64,000 nt of DNA, from assembly GCA_022709425.1 (NCBI GenBank), contig JAKLIW010000003.1, positions 102,293-166,292 on the forward strand, given 5' to 3'. Position 1 is the stretch's first letter. Every line of letters starts with the position of its first letter. A model generated the notes under the pieces. It searched no databases and was not told where the DNA came from. It was given only the letters and a program-made list of their open reading frames with translations. This DNA is from a bacterium. Its GTDB lineage: Bacteria > UBP6 > UBA1177 > JAKLFG01. Shown one piece after another: positions 29,001 to 36,800 of the stretch. The position numbers were made by a program, and so were the translations under genes.

Positions 29001-31467
29001 TTTCGATCATGGTGGCCGGAAGAATAGACCAGACTATCTGATTGACTATGTGCCTGGAGCCAGTTCTCAGGCGACACACAACCTAATCATCTCTTCGCGA
29101 TCGAACGATGAGCTGGAGGCAATGCTGAAGCCGGTGCTGCTCGAGCACGGATTGTCCGCCGACGGTGAGCAGTCGGTTCAGATATTGGCAAATCTGCGGT
29201 CGCTTTCCGGCCAGCTTGCCCTGAAGCTGATTTCTGCTCGTACGCAACAGGCGGAAGCACTTGGTTTGGCTTTGGCACGGCTCTATCTCGAATATCAGGG
29301 CGCATTGAGCAACCAAGTAATTGTGCCGTTGGACGCGCATACGGACCTTTACCGCTCAAGCGATGAGTCAAACGACGTCAACGACGCTATAAGCCTTCAA
29401 CGCACTGACTTGGGACTGTTTGACTTAGATTTGAACACTAGGACGATCACTTGCAACCTGATCGAAGTGAAATGCTATTCGCAGGTGGGCAATTTCGCAG
29501 CCTTTAACCAACTGAAGGAACGAATTTCCGCCCAAATCAATCAGAGCGAGCGAATTCTCCAGCGCCACTTCGACCCGGCCCTAAAAAAACCGGACCGGCC
29601 GGATAGGCTGCTCAAGAGCCGAGAGTTTGCGCAGATCCTTCGTTTCTATCTAGAACGCTCTTTGCGCTACGGGATCTTTGATGCGACCGCTGCGCAAGAG
29701 TCGCGAGGATTACTTGAGTCCATCGAGCAAGGCTACTCGCTTCAGTTCAAACGCTGCGCTCTGATCTTTGATTTTGAAAAGGCGGGCACCGATGCTCCGG
29801 ACAACGAAGTGGGCATTGAATTCCACCGCATCGGCAAAGATCTCATTCATGCCTTGCTGGAGAGTTGCCGCAAGTCTGTTTCTGTCGAGACGGAGAAAGA
29901 GCCGACTACACATCTTCTAAGCGAGCAGTTTATCCACAATGTGCCGAAGCTCGAGACAGCGGTCTTTATTGCACCCAAGAGAACCCGGTCAACATCTTGG
30001 ACTTTGGATGAACTCTGGGACGATGAGCCGGAGGTGCCAATCACTCCGCCAGCATCCTCGGCCGCACGGGAAACACCCAAGGTAGCCAAGGAGAAAACAG
30101 AAAAACAGTCGAAACCTTTTGAGCAAGCACCTCGACCTCCCGCAATCGCTTCTGAAGAAGATGGCGAACAACTCGCCTCCGTGGATGCCTTATCAGAAGC
30201 CCCTGCTAAATCCGAACCCGAAATGCAAGAGACTCAGACGTCTAAACCTGTCTCACAAGCAGAGGTCAGCTATGACATTATGCTCGGCGTCAATGGCGGC
30301 TCGCCTCAATACGGATTACTCGGAGAGATTTCCGGCAGAAAAGTCGCGCTGGATCTCAATCACACCCACACGATCAGTTTATTCGGGGTTCAAGGTGGCG
30401 GTAAGAGCTACACCCTTGGAACGGTGATTGAGATGGCATCCATGCCGCTTCAGCACATCAATGTGCTGCCAAGCCCCCTCGCTACGGTCATTTTCCATTA
30501 CAGCCCGACGCAGGATTATGCGCCGGAGTTTACCTCGATGATCCATGCCAACTCAGTGGAAGAGGAAATTCGCATTCTGCGAGAGCATTACAAGGCTATG
30601 CCGAAGGCTCTGAAGGATGTGTTGGTCCTTACCCCGGCGAATAAGGTGAGTGATCGCCGGGCCGAGTACCCAGATATCGAGATTAAGCCGATAGCTTTTT
30701 CTGCCTCCGAGCTTAAAGCGGCTCACTGGAAATTCCTGATGGGTGCGATTGGTAGTCAAAGCATGTATATGCGGCAAATCAATCTCATCATGAGAGGCCT
30801 GAGGGATAACCTAACATTGGATGCTCTGCGAGCAGGTATTGACAACTCAGGTCTGTCCGATCATCTCAAAGAGCTAGCCCAGACGCGCCTTCTTTTCGCC
30901 AGCGAATACATCGACGATAACCAGCGACTTCAAGATCTGATTCGTCCAGGCCGTTTGATCATCGTTGATCTGCGCGATGAATACATTGAGAAAGACGAGG
31001 CCCTGGGTCTGTTTGTGGTGATGTTGCAGATTTTCTCGGAAGCAACCTACCAGGGGAGCGCCTTTAACAAGCTGGTGGTTTTCGATGAAGCCCACAAATA
31101 CATCGAAAACGATGACTTGGTTTCTGGCCTTGTTGAGGTTGTCCGTGAGATGCGACATAAAGGGACCAGTATCATGGTGGCATCTCAGGATCCGCCATCG
31201 GTCCCTGTCTCCCTTATTGAGCTGTCATCGCAAATCATCATGCACAAGTTTAACTCACCTGCCTGGTTAAAACATATTCAGAAGGCAAATGCTGCCCTGG
31301 GAAGACTGTCTTCTGACAAGATGAGCCGCTTGAGCACAGGCGAAGCTTATGTTTGGTCATCAAAATCTTCAGATGAAGCATTCACAAAGGAAGCGATAAG
31401 AATAAAGCTGCGTCCCAGAGTCACTCAGCATGGAGGCGCCACAAAGACTGCCGTAGCCGACAAATGA
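26005..31467 (+). CDS. Giant protein (1820 aa) with an internal PD-(D/E)xK-like motif and a C-terminal HerA/FtsK-like (DUF87-type) P-loop ATPase
   Basis: The C-terminal region has ALDLNHTHTISLFGVQGGGKSYTLG (Walker A in HerA-like context) and LVVFDEAHKYI (Walker B DEAH). Around aa ~1135, LFDLDLNTRTITCNLIEVKCY gives a D...E-V-K core. The N-terminal ~1100 aa is unassigned. Confidence 0.75.
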   Translation: MSNAFIKLSYDKLNAAVACLLCPRIETILGDRGPGHCMRITDLDDDVMESVCKELRRTRPDGNIFILGSHDQESLPFRVTSTKLVELRNPDSNGELRQPLMVFIPTSLRTSAEDSFGVATFEELAFTGIYENLIDSLLDRIPTTLVGPVRDLFGFLTEEEWLFADDVSRVRYLLTALENGIDGETLGASLYELTLIPDFKLFADPGMLRGKIRRNLDSVRSLMISHKSVRGRIAGLGLSDKTLESRLFAYFEKHDVHEPESWTLPIATDKSWWSISFDKWTFRGELYLDKVLLTVLGTDLPVVQKEETDDQLSGLIGQQVLIPNDRRKMNVEFEVNPHPGKVSGLDHFTVQIVSQNDGPVGKSKKVKAWTPNRLQCTTNLAKLNKVEFEEGWHFIRILPWSADGDQIPLEAGSSSEGAKHSYESEPFYVLPGGNIEEEPPQRAIPIEQSLEHARFRLQLTALGDERDPEDIAISSVVWAEGNSSKKVSRHETLLAKFGREGAFQIPLSRMLKTIEQRILAEPKHPSGWRMQINLDTPELPSEVGLTLPSSAAMASFLAAREEFFAAVRKDTAELIMQGLSFRDSEKECLAYAEGYLDLVRNLIRQAETTSGADRQQHLQSLRNVLAVDSIHVVLTDFRGRHREAVLVSPTHPLRALWLSSWVTLGKDWIEKIKSGGKDYIPHVRSALLERLAPSAYPVGIPVEDGRIFTPVDNLNAFWALYAPTTEENSRGLMAEICSALGLAEPSAAGTDVCGKVIADKIERYLSQHPYVRELSLNIFNPGAASVIADALLSLQQKREHADLRYDIRLFTSDPDSPVLGEALESMVRPGATVNEAADAFAISTGSHLFSKLNLAKHALNEFRSNSKEFPAHISVLLDVFPAEEISITEKPMGVTPLHGLIQDFDTDFVDDDTGTFWNKRPIVGRSLAADSHATCFDLLSSLSRNLSFATSAIAASGASFKSVPVITLGLDAVQRELIYEVHQISDWVFTIDRNMGIEFFDHGGRKNRPDYLIDYVPGASSQATHNLIISSRSNDELEAMLKPVLLEHGLSADGEQSVQILANLRSLSGQLALKLISARTQQAEALGLALARLYLEYQGALSNQVIVPLDAHTDLYRSSDESNDVNDAISLQRTDLGLFDLDLNTRTITCNLIEVKCYSQVGNFAAFNQLKERISAQINQSERILQRHFDPALKKPDRPDRLLKSREFAQILRFYLERSLRYGIFDATAAQESRGLLESIEQGYSLQFKRCALIFDFEKAGTDAPDNEVGIEFHRIGKDLIHALLESCRKSVSVETEKEPTTHLLSEQFIHNVPKLETAVFIAPKRTRSTSWTLDELWDDEPEVPITPPASSAARETPKVAKEKTEKQSKPFEQAPRPPAIASEEDGEQLASVDALSEAPAKSEPEMQETQTSKPVSQAEVSYDIMLGVNGGSPQYGLLGEISGRKVALDLNHTHTISLFGVQGGGKSYTLGTVIEMASMPLQHINVLPSPLATVIFHYSPTQDYAPEFTSMIHANSVEEEIRILREHYKAMPKALKDVLVLTPANKVSDRRAEYPDIEIKPIAFSASELKAAHWKFLMGAIGSQSMYMRQINLIMRGLRDNLTLDALRAGIDNSGLSDHLKELAQTRLLFASEYIDDNQRLQDLIRPGRLIIVDLRDEYIEKDEALGLFVVMLQIFSEATYQGSAFNKLVVFDEAHKYIENDDLVSGLVEVVREMRHKGTSIMVASQDPPSVPVSLIELSSQIIMHKFNSPAWLKHIQKANAALGRLSSDKMSRLSTGEAYVWSSKSSDEAFTKEAIRIKLRPRVTQHGGATKTAVADK

Positions 31468-31496
31468 AAACATCGCCATAAAAGAATTCTGAGAAG

Positions 31497-31787
31497 ATGG
31501 ACAAACTGACGACGACGATACAGCGAGATCCGCTCCGAGAAATAGTCGCCGGTCGGAAGCCTGTCGAGTATCGCGACATCAAGCCTTATTGGGACAAACG
31601 CCTTGCCGGCCGGAAGTGTCCCTTCCTGTTGCGGCTCATTAACGGCATGTCGGCGACGGCGCCGGAGGCAACGGTGCGGATAGATCGTATTCGCAAGAAC
31701 ATCCGAACCAACAAGTACGAACTCCATATCGGCAAGGTGGTACAGGTCCTCAACTGGGACCGACGCCGCGAAGAGCCGACGGCCTGA
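31497..31787 (+). CDS. ASCH-domain (PUA-like fold) protein
   Basis: 96 aa. LREIVAGRKPVEYRDIKPYW matches the ASCH GxKxxExR signature. It lies 30 nt downstream of the giant gene. Confidence 0.6.
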   Translation: MDKLTTTIQRDPLREIVAGRKPVEYRDIKPYWDKRLAGRKCPFLLRLINGMSATAPEATVRIDRIRKNIRTNKYELHIGKVVQVLNWDRRREEPTA

Positions 31788-31797
31788 CGGCAGGTCT

Positions 31798-31998
31798 ATG
31801 AAAAAGAAAGTCGTGGAGAATCATCCGGTTCCGGCGCCGCGTTATAACCTTACTGAGTGCGCCGAACTCCTTGACCGCCCCGAGAATCCGTTCTTCATGT
31901 TCGGCATCGACGCCTGCCGTTTCCAGACATGGGAGAACTACCGCGACGGGCTCCTGACCCGCGAAAATGCTATTGAGCGCCTTTTCCAAGATCAATGA
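31798..31998 (+). CDS. Hypothetical small protein (66 aa)
   Basis: ORF 10 nt after the ASCH gene stop. No motif was recognised. Confidence 0.35.
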   Translation: MKKKVVENHPVPAPRYNLTECAELLDRPENPFFMFGIDACRFQTWENYRDGLLTRENAIERLFQDQ

Positions 31999-32044
31999 CA
32001 AATCTCAACCAGACCAATGACAATTTACCCCTTATTCATAACAG

Positions 32045-32110
32045 TCACCCTTGGATAATTCGGTGAAACTGGCCACCTGTTTCGGGCAAACTGGCCACCC
32101 CTTGGAAGAG
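32045..32110 (+). repeat. Solo IS21-family terminal-repeat-like end (tggataattcggtgaaactggccacc...gggcaaactggccacccc)
   Basis: Read on the plus strand, it closely matches the reverse complement of the multi-repeat terminus of the IS21 element at 41636-41705 (tggaaaattcggtccaaactgaccggcc...). No transposase gene is adjacent. Confidence 0.55.
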
Positions 32111-32185
32111 GTCAGCTGGACAGCAAATCCAGTATGTCTTTCAATTCATCAGAGTCAACATTTTTGATTTCGGGCACCAATCTTC

Positions 32186-33829
32186 TTACCGTTTCTCCCC
32201 GTTAGGGCGGGTTCCGGCCTTCACATCCTTTGGATTGTCTGGTTGAGGTGTGTAATCGTCGAATGGACAAAGTTCCGGGTGCCGGTCGCAGTAACATTCC
32301 ATGTCGCGGGCTTTCATATAGGGAGCACTACTATCCTGCCAAACAACCCAATGGTTCTCAAATTCGGTATAGGATTGACGATATTCCAGTACCCCATCTT
32401 TATGCGGTGTCGGTAAAGAGCAGTAGCTTTTCTTTAGATCGAGTCTAAAAAAACATGCTCGGATATCCCAGTCATCTTTCTCGGTATTGGTGTAGAAATT
32501 GTTGTTATAAATTAAAAGAACACCCTTGGCGCTGACGGGGTACACACTCATTAAGGGATCTATCAGTTCCTCCATTTTCAAGTATTCATACTGTATCGGT
32601 GTTTTGCTTAGATCGACGCGAAGAAGAGAATCTCTCGTCTTATAAGCATCGGCGTAATAAAGGATATCTTCATTCGTTGAGTCGAGTACAAGATTAAGGG
32701 CGCCTTCTCCTTCGCGATTAACTACCCGACATTCGTCAAGAGAAAGCGGCTTCTTGTCGAGGTCGCAAATATAACCTTTAAAGTTATTGGCATGAAATAC
32801 CAACCGATTGTTCACAATGCTGGGCTCATTTGCTACGCCGTCTCCCAAACCGATCCATTTCCATTCGCCGATCTTGGCGTACATCATCTTTGTGGAGAGC
32901 GCATCCGATTCTTTTATATTGGCAAAAGCCCACGTCTCATTGATCACCGGATTATACACTGTTTGTCGGATCTTTTTGGGATAAGCGACTTGCCATGAAG
33001 AATTGTTCGAGTAGAGCAGATATTCCATTTTATCGTCACGGCCCGATTTTACATTGCTGAGCTTTGCGCCTTTGTAATAGGTCAGTACATCGATACCGGG
33101 ATCCATTGCAGAATACTTCCGTGTATTCAAGTCGAATTCAAAGTTTTTGGTCCATACCTGAGGATAGTTTTGCCAAGCCGAATCGACGTGTGACATCACG
33201 AACCCAACTTTACCTAGGCTCAGGTTGAAGTGTTTGAAGGTTCGAATGGCCATTTGCCATCCTTTGGGGTTGTTGGGGTTCAACATCATGTCGCATTCGT
33301 CGAGATAATACCCCTCCCTCTCATCTTTGTAAAAAGGCGTCAGTTTTCCCATCGTGCAGGGATAGCCGCAACAATCGTAATCGGGCATCGCAGTACAGAG
33401 CGCGCAGTTTTGTTCCTTCCACAAATTGCGAACGCACTGAGGGTCGCTCTTCCATACCTTGTCGCACTTCCGGCAGAAGTGTATCTTGCTGTCGGTGTCA
33501 TAGTAAGGAAACGCTACTTGGGAGAGGTCTGGGCACTCTTCGTTCCCGGTGTGGGTGTTGGTTATGTACTCGATCCCTTCGGGATCGGCAAGGCACGAGC
33601 CTCCTATTACATCTTTATCTGACTGTGCATTGTCCATTTCAACAAATTCCTCGTCGTCGGACAAGGTATCGTCTGTTTGGTCAGCTTGAACTATAATATC
33701 AACATCAGTAACGGTGTCTATCTCTTTGATTTGTTTATTTTTTTCACAGGCACAAGCAGAGAATAAGAAGAATGCTGAAATGCTTAGGATGCGGCAATAA
33801 ACCAGCTTCTTGGTTGTCTGCTGTTTCAT
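32186..33829 (-). CDS. Secreted lipoprotein (547 aa) with an acidic linker and a Cys-rich domain, lower GC
   Basis: Lipobox signal MKQQTTKKLVYCRILSISAFFLFSAC. The D/E-rich stretch DDTLSDDEEFVEMDNAQSDKD. Many conserved Cys. Its start is 2 nt after the stop of the upstream giant gene. Confidence 0.6.
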   Translation of the reverse strand: MKQQTTKKLVYCRILSISAFFLFSACACEKNKQIKEIDTVTDVDIIVQADQTDDTLSDDEEFVEMDNAQSDKDVIGGSCLADPEGIEYITNTHTGNEECPDLSQVAFPYYDTDSKIHFCRKCDKVWKSDPQCVRNLWKEQNCALCTAMPDYDCCGYPCTMGKLTPFYKDEREGYYLDECDMMLNPNNPKGWQMAIRTFKHFNLSLGKVGFVMSHVDSAWQNYPQVWTKNFEFDLNTRKYSAMDPGIDVLTYYKGAKLSNVKSGRDDKMEYLLYSNNSSWQVAYPKKIRQTVYNPVINETWAFANIKESDALSTKMMYAKIGEWKWIGLGDGVANEPSIVNNRLVFHANNFKGYICDLDKKPLSLDECRVVNREGEGALNLVLDSTNEDILYYADAYKTRDSLLRVDLSKTPIQYEYLKMEELIDPLMSVYPVSAKGVLLIYNNNFYTNTEKDDWDIRACFFRLDLKKSYCSLPTPHKDGVLEYRQSYTEFENHWVVWQDSSAPYMKARDMECYCDRHPELCPFDDYTPQPDNPKDVKAGTRPNGEKR

Positions 33830-33830
33830 T

Positions 33831-36800
33831 TTAACACCCGCTGTCGTAGCAGTCGCCGTTATCCCAAGCGGTACAGGTGCTATTACAGATTGCCGAACCG
33901 CTGTCCCATTGTGTCGGATCGACCATCGCGCAATCTTCGCTGTTCCCGTCGCAGAACTCGCCCGGTTCGATGATGCCGTTGCCGCAGATAGCGGGAACGG
34001 TGTTATTCGTCGAAAGCTTTACCTTGTTCCCGTCAGGGATGTAGACCCAACCGTTGTACAGGTAGTTCTCCTGCATTTCGCGCATGTCGCCATCCAACTC
34101 AGTGTAGTCGATGTAGGTATTCGGCAGACCGGCGAAGCGATACTCATACCCGTCACAGGAGAGGTAGAACGCGCCGTGGTCGGTCGTCAGCTCTCCGGTC
34201 GAGCAGTACGGATAGTCCCACGCCTTCCGTGTTGCAAGGTTATCGACATCGCGGATATCGATGCCCGATGACCAGAAGTCGTCCCAGTACATCGCGATCT
34301 CGCCGTTCGTAATGGCGAAGTCCATGGTACTGCCGATGTTGACATAGGCTACGCGGGCAAAGTTTTCGGGGTTGCGGATGTTAATGCCGTTGTCGTCGCC
34401 GACATAGAGATTGCCGTTATAGAGTTGGATGCGGTACTGGTAGTTGTACGGCGTGCTGTAGAAGGAACCGATGATCGAAAGGGTGTCGGGATTGACGGTA
34501 TTGAGTTTGTAGATGCCGCCGCTGGTCGCCGCGTACATGATATCGCCGTCGGCCACTTCGAGGTCGTAGACGGTCTTGTTGGTGGTAAAGGTGCTCTTGA
34601 GAACCATCGCGTTCGGGTCGCTGATGTCGTAAACCTTGATTGCACTGCCGGTACCGACATAGAGGCGATCCCCCTTGCCTGCTACGCTGTAAACGGTCGA
34701 GCCGATCGAGTACTGCTTGTACCACGGGTGGGTGAATGGGGTGCAGATATTTCCGATAAAGGTACCCCCTTCAAGAATATCATCATTGTCATTCAAGCAA
34801 TAACTTGGTGGCGCGGTAATCTTTTGCTTAATGGTTATAGTTCTCTCAGCAAGAACGTCGCTTGCTCTATCAATCGTCAGCATGGATGTCGTTGTTTCCT
34901 CAGATTGTGGTTGGGTAATGAATTTAATCGTTTCGTCATCAATGATGGTAAATGTTTTATAAAGATCTATTTGCAGATTCTCTGCCAGCTGCTCAAGCCC
35001 ACCACTGGGAGAATAACGCCAGACATCGTTGATTGGCGTCGGGATTCCATTGTACAGATTGAAGCCTCCTAGCAGATAGATAACCCCATCGGGAGTTGTT
35101 GATATGTTGACAAAATTGCGAGGCAATGGCTTGGCGACCATGGGAATAACGTCAAATGTTGTAGTGGCAGAGTTGAATCTATGAAGTGTCAGCCCATCAA
35201 GCTCATGAGTCAAGGTATATAGTTTCGTGCCAGCTGCTATCAAATGGATAGCTCCGCTTACCTCTGGTAAAGTTCCAACATGGGTTAAAACATGGGTATA
35301 AGTTGTGGGCATTGTGAATTGCAGAGCCGATGAATCGCGTTGCTGTACGGAATAAAGGCTAGCGCCAATAGACACATAGAGCCTATCGTTTAATATCGCT
35401 CCACTCATTAGGTGTGCGCTTGCTGGGAGTGCAAAGGATCCGGCATATGCGGTGTCGCTGGGGCGAGCATCATTCTGGTACCGCAGTTCGACATATCTTT
35501 CATCTTCATGTTCGTAAAAAAGAATTGTCTCTCCAGCATATTGCAGGCCAAACTTTAGATTGGTTTGAGGAATGATTCTCTGGTTTTTTTCCAATTCTTG
35601 CGTGATACTGTTATACCGCCATAGGTCGAAACGGTCATCAGCATAAGGATATCCAGGTGTTGCCTCAGGCATAGTGTAGGTGATTTCAAAAGGAAGGCGA
35701 GGGGGAACGATAAAAACCTGATCGGGCGCGTAACTCATTCCTATCGCATAGGAAAGGGGCGTGCCGGAGAAGCTGTCTCGTGTTGAACGGGCAAAGATTC
35801 TGTCGTTCTTGAAGCAGGCGCTATTTTGTGTTTTGCCACCTTCGCCATCATCTACGAGGTCGTTGGCTTCTGTGCATTTCACGGTACCTTGAGGACCACC
35901 CGAAACGGCATAAGTGATAAAGGGATCGAGCGAAGGGTTATAAGTTGGCTCCTCATTAGCGACATGTTCTTCATATAAATCCAAGTATTCTCCTTCTAAG
36001 TCTGGTTTCCAGTCCCAAAGATGCGTTTGGTCCGGAGATTCTTCGTAGATTCCCTTTTGGCTTACGATATTATTTCCGGTAGGTACTTGCCATGATGGAT
36101 CAGTCCCCTGTCTGAGTGGCATAGGGTCGCTTCCGTGACTGTACGCGAAATCGCTAGAAAAGAGGAAGTGAATTGAAGATTCGTTGCTCGTTGTGCAGTA
36201 ACCGCCAGTACCCCAACGATTGCTATAATCACTTTGAGGCACCCAACAATAGCGAAGAATACTGGGATGCGCTATACTGTTGTAGACTGGCGCTCCTTGA
36301 GATATGACTCCTGAGTCATGATCTATTGCGACAAGACTGTTTATTTCACGAGATTGTACCTGACCACCATAAACGATTTCGTTCTTTGGAGAGCCATTAA
36401 CAAAACGAGAAGAAATAACAGTATGATGCCATCCGTCTCCCACAAGATTGTCAGGGCCTATCCCTTTGGGAGTATCACAGGCATCTCCGGTACCGTCCAA
36501 ATCATGATCGGGCTGCCATGTCCATTTTGAGAAAGATAAAAAAAGGTTAGGAGATGTTTTCAGATAACCGTATTTGAAAGTCTTTTTGTTGTATCGTGCT
36601 CCGCCCTCGTTTTCATTGGTACAGTGGGGCAGGGAAAGATCTCCATTTTGAAAGTAAGAAACTCCTGTTCTACATTCCCCCTGAATAAGTTCACTGTTCC
36701 AATCTTCAGCTTCCACAAAGGGGTTCCCCTTTTGTGGACAATTATCGCAGATGTCAGCGATACCATCGGTATCCGAGTCGGCAATGGGAGTTCCAAACTG

